From a virus: a DNA stretch of 64,000 nucleotides. The stretch covers positions 64,001 through 128,000 of the IMG/VR virus record IMGVR_UViG_3300021364_003460; one strand, given 5' to 3'. The translations under genes and the position numbers were made by a program. Below are positions 9,195-19,008 of this stretch, piece by piece; the stretch's first letter is position 1, and each line of letters opens with the position of its first letter. The notes under the pieces were generated by a model that had not been told where the DNA came from, did not search any database, and saw only the letters and a list, made by a program, of their open reading frames with translations.

Positions 9195-9349
9195 AGAAGA
9201 AATTTTATATGAAAGAAACTTAGAAGCTATAAGTTTTTTTTCTTACCATATTAATTATCTGTCAAATCGTAGTTAGTCCTTTTGTGGCAGCTTACTTTTT
9301 TGTCAGAATAGAAAGTATAGAAAACCAATGTGATATTAAAACTAAATAA
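9184..9349 (+). pseudogene. small membrane protein gene with a +1 frameshift in a T8 tract
   Basis: MKNKEEILYERNLEAISFF then, one T fewer at 9234-9241, LTILIICQIVVSPFVAAYFFVRIESIENQCDIKTK*. Confidence 0.5.
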
Positions 9350-9361
9350 CAACTAAATATT

Positions 9362-10096
9362 ATGACTATAGAATTGGAAATCAAAAGCTTAGTTGAGAAT
9401 CCCACAAAACTGCAAACTAAAATTGAAAGTAAGTATGATATGAGTCTCTGCACTAAAACTTATAGTGAGCAGTTAAACCATTACTTTAGTGGAGATAAGG
9501 AAGCTTTAATTGAATTATCTACTTATGGCAGACATGCACCTTATCTTATTTTTGATAGCTACTTAGATGAACTTTTATCAGCTAGTAAGTTAGCAGTTAG
9601 AACTAGATGGGACTCTATTCAAGGTACACTACTTATATTTAAATACAGTCTAATTGATGAGAACTCAATTAATGGTACTACTAGAAAAGAACTAGAGTTT
9701 CCTTTACCTATTACTTTAGAAGAGTTAGACAAAAACTTATTACTTGCTGGTTTTACTTACCAATCTAAGTGGAGTAGAAAGAGAACTCAGTACAGTTTTG
9801 ACTCTGGTTGGACTTTATGTTGTGACCAGAATGCAGGTTTTGGAAGCATTCTTGAAGTAGAGTATATAGCTACTGAAGAAGAATATGCTGAGAAGAAAGA
9901 TTACTTGATGTACAAAGCGAAAAGGTTTTTAAAAACATTAGGTTTAATTGAGTTAGATAGTAAGTTATTAGAAAAAATGTTTAATTGGTATTCATCTAAT
10001 TATAATGAGTTCTATGGTACAGATAAGTTAATCTGGAATGACCCAGCTTTTCCCTACAGAAGAGATGGTACTCATAAATATACAGTAATTAGATAA
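9362..10096 (+). CDS. CYTH (triphosphate tunnel metalloenzyme) protein
   Basis: N-terminal ELEIK (ExExK), NHYF, VRTR, RKELE, KRTQY, ILEVE. Confidence 0.8.
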   Translation: MTIELEIKSLVENPTKLQTKIESKYDMSLCTKTYSEQLNHYFSGDKEALIELSTYGRHAPYLIFDSYLDELLSASKLAVRTRWDSIQGTLLIFKYSLIDENSINGTTRKELEFPLPITLEELDKNLLLAGFTYQSKWSRKRTQYSFDSGWTLCCDQNAGFGSILEVEYIATEEEYAEKKDYLMYKAKRFLKTLGLIELDSKLLEKMFNWYSSNYNEFYGTDKLIWNDPAFPYRRDGTHKYTVIR

Positions 10097-10129
10097 TTAT
10101 AAAGGCTCCAACTTAGGAGTCTATTTAAT

Positions 10130-10708
10130 ATGAATGAAACAATACAATTAGTTAACTTTCTAATTGAAGCGGGTAAGTTAGGTAATGTAGAAAGAAAGCT
10201 TCATGCTATAGATTCTACTAGAAGAGAGAATGTAGCAGAACATACTTATCACATGATTCTAACAGCAGTTTTATTGTTAGAAGATAAGTTATCTGCTGAA
10301 GAGTTACTTAAAGTCATTAAAATTATATTAGTACATGACTTAGGTGAGATAGGTGCAGATGACTTGGCTTTTAATAAAAAGACTGCTAATCAAGTAGAAT
10401 TAGAAAAACAAGCTTACAACAATATGGTAAGTTTACTTCCAGTAGATAAACAAAAAGAATACTTTGATTTATGGTTAGAGTTTGAGAATCTATGGAGTAA
10501 GGAAGCTTACTATGCTAAAGCTATAGATAAGTTACAGTCTCAAATAGTTGTTTACTCACATTTAATAAATAAACCTAATTATAAGTATATTAATCAGTCT
10601 ACTGTTAGTGAAACAGAAAGGTTGATATGGGATTATATTAGGTTTATTTTTGAAAGTCAGTTTGAGTTTATTATAGATAAAATAAAACCAAGTTTAGTAC
10701 AGGAATAA
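10130..10708 (+). CDS. HD-domain phosphohydrolase (YfbR/HDDC2-like 5'-deoxynucleotidase)
   Basis: RRENVAEHTYHM...LVHDLGE...IDKL. Confidence 0.85.
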   Translation: MNETIQLVNFLIEAGKLGNVERKLHAIDSTRRENVAEHTYHMILTAVLLLEDKLSAEELLKVIKIILVHDLGEIGADDLAFNKKTANQVELEKQAYNNMVSLLPVDKQKEYFDLWLEFENLWSKEAYYAKAIDKLQSQIVVYSHLINKPNYKYINQSTVSETERLIWDYIRFIFESQFEFIIDKIKPSLVQE

Positions 10709-10715
10709 AAATAAT

Positions 10716-11738
10716 ATGTCAGAGCAAGCTTACTTAAATTTACTTCAAGATATTTTAGATAATGGAGTAAAGAAATCTATTTATGCTGAGAATGGTAAAA
10801 CTTTACCAACAGTTGATAAAAATAAATACTATGAAGTAGACAAAAATAGTAAATACCTTTCTTCTGTAGTTGGTAAAATTCTTAGATTTGATTTAACTGA
10901 TAATAAGATTCCTCTTTATACTACTAAAGCAGTTTATTATCCTGGAGCTTTTAAAGAATTTTTATGGTTTCTTAATGACAGAGGTGATGTAAGTAAACTG
11001 CATCAAGCCGGTTTTCCTGGTTGGAATGGTTGGGCTTACAAACATTATCTAAAAAATAAAACTGAAGATGAAATTACTTTAGAATATGCTGATTTTGTAA
11101 ATCATTATCTTAGTATTCCGGGTAAACCTTATTTTGTAGAAGTACCTTATACAGATATGACTGGATGGGAGTATCCAGATTGGGCTGAATCTTTTAGACA
11201 AGGAGTACCTTGTTATAAAAAGGTTGACCAAACAAGATGGTTAATAAAATCAGTTAAAAAAGCTCCAGATAGAAAAAGCTATTTAGTTCAAGCATGGAAT
11301 CCTCTACGTTTATATGAAATGTCTAAGCAGTGTGGTAATGCTTCTGTAGAGTTAGCTGCTTGTCATTATTCTCATCAAGTTATTGTTCAAGGTGGATATT
11401 TAACTTTGATTGTTAATATCAGATCAAATGATATGCCAATTGGAAATCCGTTCAATGTTGCACAATATGGTTTACTAGCTCACATGTATGCAAAATGTAT
11501 TGGATATCCTGCTGGAGAGTTAGTAGTAATGATAGGAGATGGACATTGCTATTCAGATCAAAAAGAAGGAGTGTTAGAACAAATAGATAAACCTATAAAT
11601 AATTTAGCTCCTACATTAACTATTAAAGATAGAGGACAACAATACCTAACTGATTTTAAATATTCTGATTTTAAAGTACATAACTATTTTCCAGAAGAAA
11701 GTATTAGAATGCCTTTGACTATTGTAGGAGGGTTTTAA
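10716..11738 (+). CDS. thyA: thymidylate synthase
   Basis: AWNP, catalytic ACH, RSND, PFNVAQYGLL, GDGHCY. Confidence 0.92.
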   Translation: MSEQAYLNLLQDILDNGVKKSIYAENGKTLPTVDKNKYYEVDKNSKYLSSVVGKILRFDLTDNKIPLYTTKAVYYPGAFKEFLWFLNDRGDVSKLHQAGFPGWNGWAYKHYLKNKTEDEITLEYADFVNHYLSIPGKPYFVEVPYTDMTGWEYPDWAESFRQGVPCYKKVDQTRWLIKSVKKAPDRKSYLVQAWNPLRLYEMSKQCGNASVELAACHYSHQVIVQGGYLTLIVNIRSNDMPIGNPFNVAQYGLLAHMYAKCIGYPAGELVVMIGDGHCYSDQKEGVLEQIDKPINNLAPTLTIKDRGQQYLTDFKYSDFKVHNYFPEESIRMPLTIVGGF

Positions 11739-11881
11739 TTACTACTCCAGATAATAAAGAAATCATAGTTGTTAATTTAAATCAGTTTTGTAAAGAAAAT
11801 AATTTAACTAGCACTAATATGTATAAAGTAGCAAAAGGAAAAACTCCTCATCATAAAAAATACAAATGTAAAATTTTATAA
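11735..11881 (+). pseudogene. start-less C-terminal DNA-binding module of a homing endonuclease (NUMOD1/IENR-like remnant)
   Basis: open frame LITTPDNKEIIVVNLNQFCKENNLTSTNMYKVAKGKTPHHKKYKCKIL* with no upstream start (TAG at 11705). Confidence 0.55.
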
Positions 11882-11890
11882 TTATAAAAA

Positions 11891-12163
11891 ATGTGGAACC
11901 CTTTTAAGAAACCTAAACCATCCTCCTTGCCTGAAGTAGGAGACCTATTAGGAGATGAAATAATAATAGAAGCTCAACCAACTATGGATTTAGAAAAAGG
12001 TTGGTGGACTAAAGTTACTACTGAAACTATTGAAGGTAAACAGCATGTTTATGAAAGCTGGGTAGATAACCATAAGAATAAAAGAATCTACAGAAAGAGT
12101 AAACATTATAACCCTACTTATAATGCAGAAACAGATAGTAAATTTAAAGTATTTAAGAAGTAA
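11891..12163 (+). CDS. hypothetical protein
   Basis: 90-aa ORF. Confidence 0.6.
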   Translation: MWNPFKKPKPSSLPEVGDLLGDEIIIEAQPTMDLEKGWWTKVTTETIEGKQHVYESWVDNHKNKRIYRKSKHYNPTYNAETDSKFKVFKK

Positions 12164-12176
12164 GTAAACTATATTC

Positions 12177-12201
12177 AGGTCTCTAATACAGAGACCTCTT
12201 T
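12177..12201 (+). terminator. hairpin, possible terminator
   Basis: AGGTCTCT-AATAC-AGAGACCT followed by CTTT. Confidence 0.45.
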
Positions 12202-12204
12202 ACT

Positions 12205-12477
12205 ATGGAAACAAAACAGAAACATTTAAGACTGTTAGCTAAACATTACTTAACTAATATAGTTGCTGATCCTAACTCTGAAGCTTATTATGTACTAAAT
12301 CCTAATAAAGTTTTTGGTATATATAACAACAGTGTAGAGGAAGACATATTAGAGTTATTAGGTTTTGAAAGAGATGAAGAGTTCCAAGATACTTATCCTT
12401 TTTGGGAAACTGACTATGCTGCTGATTTATATAAAGAGTTAGGTAGCTACTTAAGACAAATAGGAGAAAACTTATGA
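12205..12477 (+). CDS. hypothetical protein
   Basis: 90-aa ORF. Confidence 0.6.
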   Translation: METKQKHLRLLAKHYLTNIVADPNSEAYYVLNPNKVFGIYNNSVEEDILELLGFERDEEFQDTYPFWETDYAADLYKELGSYLRQIGENL

Positions 12478-12669
12478 GTTATAAACAACTTATATTAAAG
12501 ATACAAGCAAACTTCTACAGTAAACTCCAAGAAAAACCTAACTGGAGTAGTGTGGGCTAGACTTTATGATGACTTTGTAGGCACAGTTAATATAGATTCT
12601 AAAACATACATTAATCTCTATGGACAAGTAGTTTGTAACTTTGTTAACAGATTTGAGAGAGTACAATGA
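12474..12669 (+). pseudogene. small protein gene with a +1 frameshift
   Basis: AGGAG RBS and ATGA-coupled start; frame 0 stops at TAG, +1 frame ...LTGVVWARLYDDFVGTVNIDS...ERVQ* ends in ATGA with the next gene; span 196 nt = 65x3+1. Confidence 0.5.
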
Positions 12670-12977
12670 TTGACTTAACTAAAATCAAACACCTAGACAT
12701 CTATAGTGATTTATATTATGAACTTCAACTAGACCTAATTGAACTTAATAGAAAACTTCCTTTATTCAATTGGGTAGTAGATAATGAGTATACTAGGTTA
12801 CTAAGAATTAATGCTACTAATACAAGTAAAGATATAAGATTCTATTGGGATGAGGCTGCTAATATTATCTGCACTGTAGATAACTTTGAAGTGGCAGCTA
12901 ACTGTACAATGCAAGAAACTATTAGTGAACTTAAAGATTACTTAGTAGAGCAATGGATAATCAAATTAGAAAACTAA
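12666..12977 (+). CDS. hypothetical protein
   Basis: 103-aa ORF. Confidence 0.6.
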   Translation: MIDLTKIKHLDIYSDLYYELQLDLIELNRKLPLFNWVVDNEYTRLLRINATNTSKDIRFYWDEAANIICTVDNFEVAANCTMQETISELKDYLVEQWIIKLEN

Positions 12978-13483
12978 TTAGAGATAACAAAGTTGGGATC
13001 ATTATATCAGATAGCAAATGGTATACTTCTCATGGAGTAGAACAACTACTTTTCTTACCTGAACTTATAGAAACCTTAGAGTCTGAAGAATATAACAATA
13101 CTTTAAGCGAGTTAAATAAAATAGAAAAACAGGTTAGTGAACTTAAGTTTTATCTAAACAGTACAGGCAATAAATCTCCAGATAAAGTTTTACAACGCAC
13201 TAATAAGCTGAGTAAAGCTATCATAAAGAAATCAGAAGTAGAGTTAACTCTTTATACCTTAATCAAAAAAGCCCTACTAAGTTATCCCTTAATTACAGAT
13301 GATCCAGAAGACAACGTTTACTATGTAAGGTATGCAGAAAAAAATATATACATACCTCTGGGTTTAAAAGTAAAGTGGGTTAGTTTAAATACTTACTTTA
13401 GGGTAATTTATGACTGTGAATATAATGATGAGGAATATTTAGAAATCTTTGACCCTAATGAGTGGATGAAAGTAGAAGAATGA
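12953..13483 (+). CDS. hypothetical protein
   Basis: 176-aa ORF. Confidence 0.6.
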   Translation: MDNQIRKLIRDNKVGIIISDSKWYTSHGVEQLLFLPELIETLESEEYNNTLSELNKIEKQVSELKFYLNSTGNKSPDKVLQRTNKLSKAIIKKSEVELTLYTLIKKALLSYPLITDDPEDNVYYVRYAEKNIYIPLGLKVKWVSLNTYFRVIYDCEYNDEEYLEIFDPNEWMKVEE

Positions 13484-13989
13484 ACTTAATAGCTTGTATA
13501 TCTTTAAATCATTGTATAGGTAAAGAAGGTAAATTAGCTGTCAGAATCCCAGAAGACTTAAAGAGATTCAAGAAGTTAACTACAGGTAACATTGTAGTAA
13601 TGGGAGCTAACACTTTCTTTGGTGATTTAAAAGGGGAGCCTTTACCTAATAGAATTAATATAGTATTAACTACAAGAACTAATGATATAGATTACAAGTT
13701 TACTTTACCTACCAACCTTTACTTTGTAGACTCTATTTCCTCTTTAAATAATTTACTTGGTACTTTTGATAAAACTAAAGAGGTTTTTATCATAGGGGGT
13801 TCACTACTGTATGAACAGTTTGTAAAGTTAGTAGATATTATGTATATTACTCATACTAACTCTATAGTAAAAGATGGTGATAGTTTCTTTAATGTAGACT
13901 GGTCTAGATGGAATGTAGAAGAAGTAGAGTTTGCTGATAGCTGCACCTTTGTAAAATATGTTAAAAAGAACAAAAATATATATACATAA
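13480..13989 (+). CDS. folA: dihydrofolate reductase
   Basis: LIAC...IGKEGKL...IPEDLKRFKKLTTG..VVMG..TF...LPNR.NIVLT, IIGGSLLY; ATG at 13480 preferred over GTG at 13462. Confidence 0.93.
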   Translation: MNLIACISLNHCIGKEGKLAVRIPEDLKRFKKLTTGNIVVMGANTFFGDLKGEPLPNRINIVLTTRTNDIDYKFTLPTNLYFVDSISSLNNLLGTFDKTKEVFIIGGSLLYEQFVKLVDIMYITHTNSIVKDGDSFFNVDWSRWNVEEVEFADSCTFVKYVKKNKNIYT

Positions 13990-14487
13990 ATGTGGAATAA
14001 ACAAGAAGAAGCTTTAGAGTTATTAGGTGAATTAGGTAAGATTGAGTTAAACCCTACTTCTAAAGTTTATATATTAAAACAAAACATAGGTAAAGTTAAT
14101 TTACCAACTATTCCTGTTGACTTTGCTTATCTATTATTTACTTCAGATAACATTCTTAAGGCTGGTAAGTTAATAGTCTACTTTGAGAAGACAGAGTTAA
14201 ATGCTAACTTAACCTTAGATTATCAATGTTATCTAAGTGAAAAAGCATTAACCCCTGCTACCTTTCCTAAGCTTTATGCAAGTCTTAAAGAAGACTTAAA
14301 GTATTTAAAGTCTTTGATGGAAGAGTATAGAGAGTATGCAGAAAAGTTATTAACAGAAATGATGTCTACTTCCAAAAAAGGTAGTAAGAATGAAGCTACT
14401 AAAACTGAAGTAGATAGATTGGATGCGGTTAGAAAAAGTCTAGAGAATTTAGATATACTTAAAGAGGAAGATAATAATGAAAATTAA
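13990..14487 (+). CDS. hypothetical protein
   Basis: 165-aa ORF. Confidence 0.6.
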   Translation: MWNKQEEALELLGELGKIELNPTSKVYILKQNIGKVNLPTIPVDFAYLLFTSDNILKAGKLIVYFEKTELNANLTLDYQCYLSEKALTPATFPKLYASLKEDLKYLKSLMEEYREYAEKLLTEMMSTSKKGSKNEATKTEVDRLDAVRKSLENLDILKEEDNNEN

Positions 14488-15607
14488 AGTAAATGCTGCT
14501 ACCTGGAAAACAGCAGTTACAAAAGCTAACTCACTGGCAGGTAAAGTATCAGGTAATCCTAATGAATCTTGTGTACAAATTAATATTAAAGAGAATGATA
14601 GTTATTTGTATGTAGTAGAAGCCGGAGTTCACAATACTAAAATTAACTTAACTGATATTGAGATTATTGAAGAAGGTAATTGCTACATTCAAGTTAACTC
14701 TCTATCTAACTTAACTAAAGCTTTGTTTAGTAAAGAGTTGATTATAGAAGCTAATAATAATAAACTAATTTATCATGTAGAGGGGTTAGGAGCTAACAGT
14801 GAGCCTATCTTTCACAATCAAAGTCCCTTTCATGGAATGGTGTTTGCCGCAGAAGATTACAGTTTAGTAGCTGAAGGTGAAACTACATTTAGTAAACTAT
14901 TAAAAAATAACATTAAACATTTTATTGATGACTTAGATAAGAATACTAAAACTTCTATTAATGTAGTTTTAAATGGAGAGTCCTCTGTTATCTCTGGAGA
15001 TGCTTCTTTGTCAGGAGGATTAGTGTACACTTTTACTTCTGAATTAGAAGGTAGTTTTTCTATTAAGACTTCCCTACTAAAAAGTATGTCTTTTATATTA
15101 GAAGATTTAGATAGCTTTAAATTAGAAAAGGGTAATACCACTATTAAAATATCTTCTAGTAAAGGTGAATCTATTCTTACTATTAGTAAAGTTAATGAAA
15201 CATCTCTTAACTATAGAATCAAATCCTTTACTGATACAGAAGACAGTTTAGCTATGGTTAAATCAGAAGAATTATCTAATGCAGTTAGGTGGCAGTCCTA
15301 TAATGCTGAGGATGGTAACTGCATTAGTATTCAATCTCAAGAAGATAAATTATTGATTAAAGGTGATAAGACTGAAGAGGCATCTAGCTTAGAATACAAT
15401 GAGTCTTCTCCCTTCAACTTAATTAAACTAACAGCAGATGGGTTTACTAAAGCTGTAGCTACCTTACCTAAAGATAATGTAGCCACTCTCAAAACTACAT
15501 TGACTGAGATTGTTGGTAGAGATCCTATTAAAAGCATTCTTGTTATCCATGAAACTGATGACTACACAAGTACAGCTTACCTTAGTGAACCAATGCTATT
15601 AAGCTAA
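14477..15607 (+). CDS. dnaN: DNA polymerase III beta-type sliding clamp, divergent
   Basis: 376 aa (beta-clamp length); N-terminal MKIKVN...KTAVTKA pattern; three alpha/beta repeats; same block as dnaX. Confidence 0.7.
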   Translation: MKIKVNAATWKTAVTKANSLAGKVSGNPNESCVQINIKENDSYLYVVEAGVHNTKINLTDIEIIEEGNCYIQVNSLSNLTKALFSKELIIEANNNKLIYHVEGLGANSEPIFHNQSPFHGMVFAAEDYSLVAEGETTFSKLLKNNIKHFIDDLDKNTKTSINVVLNGESSVISGDASLSGGLVYTFTSELEGSFSIKTSLLKSMSFILEDLDSFKLEKGNTTIKISSSKGESILTISKVNETSLNYRIKSFTDTEDSLAMVKSEELSNAVRWQSYNAEDGNCISIQSQEDKLLIKGDKTEEASSLEYNESSPFNLIKLTADGFTKAVATLPKDNVATLKTTLTEIVGRDPIKSILVIHETDDYTSTAYLSEPMLLS

Positions 15608-15666
15608 CTTTCTATGGGAGTCTAACTCCCTCTCAGTAAACATTTATTTTAAAAAGAGAAAGATAC

Positions 15667-16356
15667 ATGAAAACTACATTAACTTGGACTGCTGCTTCTA
15701 ACTGCCCTGCTAATCAGTTAACTCAAATTGAACCTAATAGATTTGCTATTATTGCACCTTATTCTACTTATATTAAATCACTATCAGACTCAGATAACTA
15801 TACTTGGGAAGATGGAGAGTTACTAACTAACTTAGACAGCTATTCTCTAATGGGACCTATTCAAGTTCAACAAGGTATCAGATTGGTTAACAAATATCTA
15901 GTTAAGTTCACTGATTCTGCAAGAAGAGAATTAGTTAAATACTTTAATCAAGCTGGCTTTATACAGTTTACTGAAGTTCCTGAAGGTTTCCTACTATCTA
16001 ATAATGTAGACATTAAACAGGTAGAAAAGTTAGATGGTGTTAATGCTGTTGAATCAGTAGCTATGGTGCAAAGAAGAAAGTATAAACCTACTTTAATCAA
16101 TACAGGAGTATTTATTGATAAATTACCTTGGCATCTGCTCAACCAACCAGCTAGTTTTAATCCTTTTAAACTAGCTAGTGATAGAGTAGTAATAAGCTCT
16201 ATAGGTGAATTACAGATTGCTTTGTATCCAACTAATGAAGCTGATTATAGTATTGTAAGAGAAGGTGAAATAATAGCAGAACTAATGTTATTTACTAATA
16301 ACAAAGAAGTTAAGCTAGTTAGAAAAGATAATAATATTACTGCTAATGCTATATAG
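15667..16356 (+). CDS. hypothetical protein
   Basis: 229-aa ORF. Confidence 0.65.
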   Translation: MKTTLTWTAASNCPANQLTQIEPNRFAIIAPYSTYIKSLSDSDNYTWEDGELLTNLDSYSLMGPIQVQQGIRLVNKYLVKFTDSARRELVKYFNQAGFIQFTEVPEGFLLSNNVDIKQVEKLDGVNAVESVAMVQRRKYKPTLINTGVFIDKLPWHLLNQPASFNPFKLASDRVVISSIGELQIALYPTNEADYSIVREGEIIAELMLFTNNKEVKLVRKDNNITANAI

Positions 16357-17119
16357 ATTTGAAGTAGATAAAAAGTGTAATAAATGTACACTTAATTGCA
16401 AAGAGGGAACTGTTAGTGGACAATCTAAAGTTCCCTTTTCTAATGTTAAGTTAATAGTAGTATCAGCTTACCCAGGGAATAGAGAATACAAAACTCAAAT
16501 GTCTCTGGCTAGTAATCCAGATAGAAGAGGAATACCTAACTCTAATAAGTCTCCTGTAGGTGCAGGGGAATTCTTAAGGTTCTGTATGAAGATAATAGAT
16601 AGAGAGCTACCTCAAGAGTACAGACCTATAGAAGACTTTACTTACTTTACTAATGCTATTAAATGCACTCCGCAGCATGGTAAAGATAAGATTACTGTAA
16701 CTGAAAGACATATTAAAACTTGCAGAGATAGTTGGTTACTTAAAGAACTAGATATGTTTCCTCCTAAAGTACCTATCTTTGCTTGTGCTAGTGAAGCAGT
16801 AAAAGGCTTGTTAGGTACTAAAGAATCTCTCTATAACAACAGAAATAAAGTTAACTACTACAAAGAACACCCTGTTATTGTTTCTACTAACCCAGTTGAT
16901 TGGGAAAAATATGTTATGAAATATGTTTCTGACATAGAGGAAAGCAGACAGTATGTAACTAAGCTAATGAAAACATCTTCTTTTAGTAAATATAAAAAGA
17001 AGATAGATGAAGTTATTGGAGTTAAGAAATGGGAAGCTTTACCAGGCAGCCCACTTTACTTTGTTAAACAAGACTTCAAATTAGTAACACAAGAAATTAT
17101 TAAATATATAAATAACTAA
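16346..17119 (+). CDS. uracil-DNA glycosylase family 4-like (Fe-S) protein
   Basis: CNKCTL, IVVSAYPG..E, GAGEFL, YFTNAIKCTP, C..WL.KEL. Confidence 0.7.
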   Translation: MLYRFEVDKKCNKCTLNCKEGTVSGQSKVPFSNVKLIVVSAYPGNREYKTQMSLASNPDRRGIPNSNKSPVGAGEFLRFCMKIIDRELPQEYRPIEDFTYFTNAIKCTPQHGKDKITVTERHIKTCRDSWLLKELDMFPPKVPIFACASEAVKGLLGTKESLYNNRNKVNYYKEHPVIVSTNPVDWEKYVMKYVSDIEESRQYVTKLMKTSSFSKYKKKIDEVIGVKKWEALPGSPLYFVKQDFKLVTQEIIKYINN

Positions 17120-17131
17120 AAGGAGAAATAT

Positions 17132-18049
17132 ATGTCAGCATTACCTAAAAGACCTCAAACAGTAGATGACTTAACAGAGAGCGAAGCTTATTCTCTTGTT
17201 AAATACAATTGGTATGATTTGCAAAATAAAGTTAATAAAAATATAACTGATAAAAAAGATAAAATTAAAGATATTGAAGAACTTAGAAGAGTTAACGTAA
17301 TAGGCTTACTGTTAGGAATAAAAGCTCCTGCTTGGAAAGAGAATGAACTATATAAACTTATTCAAGGTCAATGGGATTACTTCTCTTCTATTGGAACAGT
17401 AAAAGACTTTACTTACTTACTAAGTTATAAAGCTATTGTTTATTTATTGAGATTATATGGTTACTCTCTAAAAACAAATTATGATCAGATATATTCTGTT
17501 AAAAGAGTAAAGTCAACTAGCTTTAAATATACAGAAGAACAATCCTTAGATATTCTTAAACTTAATAAAGAGAAATTAGAGGAGTCTAGTGGAGTTTCTA
17601 TTTATGAATTAAAGAATACTACTAACCTTACTAAAGCTCTCAAGACTAACCAAACTTACTTATATAGAACTCTTAAAGAAAACCTTGCTGAGTTAGAACT
17701 ATTGGGTTGCTCTAAAACTACCACTTATAATTTAACTTATAGAGGTGTAGTATTCTTATTGCTTAATGCTAAGTATCCTTTAGATTTAGATATTGAGAAG
17801 CAGCCTACAACTAAAGTAGTATATCTAAAATCAAAACAGGTTACTTCTGTAGTAGAATCAACTGTAAATACTAAACCTAACACTGAACAGATTAAAACCT
17901 TCCTCAAAAAAGCTGTTGAGGATAAGAAAGCTAAAGCTCTGGCTGACATAAAGAAAGCTAAAGATAGTAAATTAGAATTACAGATTGTTAATGATGCTTT
18001 GTGGCATATTGAGCAAGCTGAAGAATTACTACAAGAGGTTAATGTGTAA
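17132..18049 (+). CDS. hypothetical protein with internally repeated domain (Bro-N/antirepressor-like?)
   Basis: repeated TYLLSYKAIVYLL / TYNLTYRGVVFLL; GGAG RBS. Confidence 0.45.
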   Translation: MSALPKRPQTVDDLTESEAYSLVKYNWYDLQNKVNKNITDKKDKIKDIEELRRVNVIGLLLGIKAPAWKENELYKLIQGQWDYFSSIGTVKDFTYLLSYKAIVYLLRLYGYSLKTNYDQIYSVKRVKSTSFKYTEEQSLDILKLNKEKLEESSGVSIYELKNTTNLTKALKTNQTYLYRTLKENLAELELLGCSKTTTYNLTYRGVVFLLLNAKYPLDLDIEKQPTTKVVYLKSKQVTSVVESTVNTKPNTEQIKTFLKKAVEDKKAKALADIKKAKDSKLELQIVNDALWHIEQAEELLQEVNV

Positions 18050-18258
18050 TGCACGTTAGATTACAAAGAGCTATTAATGAGGCTATAGAAGAGTTAACTA
18101 TTTGTGAAGAAACTTATTACTCTGCTAGTAAACTTAAAATTGACAGAAAGTTAGCTGAAAAGATATTAGCAGAATGGATAAGTACCTTTCTTTGTAAGTA
18201 TTATTTACAAACAGTAGAGTTAAAATTAATACCTAAAGTTTTATTAGTGATGTTTTAG
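18049..18258 (+). CDS. hypothetical protein
   Basis: 69-aa ORF coupled to the upstream stop. Confidence 0.5.
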   Translation: MHVRLQRAINEAIEELTICEETYYSASKLKIDRKLAEKILAEWISTFLCKYYLQTVELKLIPKVLLVMF

Positions 18259-18307
18259 ATAATACAGATCCTTATACGGAAGAAATAGTTAAAGAACAGT
18301 TAGGTTT

Positions 18308-18742
18308 ATGATACATATATTTAGTAGTGAATTTAAAGTAGATATTTTAGATGAAGTTGCTTTAACTATTCTTATAGAAGATAAGTGTAGATTAAAGTTA
18401 CATAAAACAGATAAAGGTAAATATTACTTTACTGGAGATAGTGAAGGCTGGTTAACTACAGTTCCTATTCTCAAACAAGATGCAGATAACTTAGGAATAG
18501 AAAACTACACTTTATTAGATGACTTTAATCCAACTAATCATTCTTTAGTAGAAGTGCTTTTCTTTGATGTAATATGCGCCTTATTAATTAAAAATAGCTG
18601 TATGACCTATTTTGAAGTAGATATAGATTCTCTTCAAACATGGACAACTAGAGTTTGGTCAGAGCCAGAAAATGAAATAACATGTTGTACATCAAAAAAA
18701 GAGGATTTATTTGATGCTATATATAATTCTTATAATAAATGA
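18308..18742 (+). CDS. hypothetical protein
   Basis: 144-aa ORF. Confidence 0.6.
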   Translation: MIHIFSSEFKVDILDEVALTILIEDKCRLKLHKTDKGKYYFTGDSEGWLTTVPILKQDADNLGIENYTLLDDFNPTNHSLVEVLFFDVICALLIKNSCMTYFEVDIDSLQTWTTRVWSEPENEITCCTSKKEDLFDAIYNSYNK

Positions 18743-19008
18743 AAACTAATATTCAAGAAAACTTACAAAAGGTTAAGTCTATTGTTAGGTATCTTATTGA
18801 AAGAGATATTAAAGGAGACTTAATCTCAATAGCTAACTTTATGATTGCTAACAAGAAAGATATACAAGGTAAAGAGTTGTTGGCTTTGACTGCTTTACTA
18901 GCTATTGATGATGCCAAAGAAGGTAAGCCTACTAGTAAAAATGAAAGTTATATGTTTCTATATAACATTGCTAGAGAAGTGTTAAGTGAAACAGTGGAGG
19001 TTAAATGA
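18739..19008 (+). CDS. hypothetical protein
   Basis: 89-aa ORF, ATGA coupling. Confidence 0.6.
   Translation: MKTNIQENLQKVKSIVRYLIERDIKGDLISIANFMIANKKDIQGKELLALTALLAIDDAKEGKPTSKNESYMFLYNIAREVLSETVEVK

Noticed and set aside
10130-10708. DatZ and a 2-aminoadenine genome
   Set aside because: No PurZ or MazZ in the window; the motifs fit generic YfbR/HDDC2
10716-11738. ThyA as a dCMP/dUMP hydroxymethylase for modified DNA
   Set aside because: It has Asn in PFNVAQY (dUMP specificity) and a DHFR is present, which fits ordinary dTMP synthesis
11727-11740. Programmed frameshift fusing thyA to the endonuclease remnant
   Set aside because: GGG-TTT-TAA is not in the X-XXY-YYZ phase needed to enter the -1 frame
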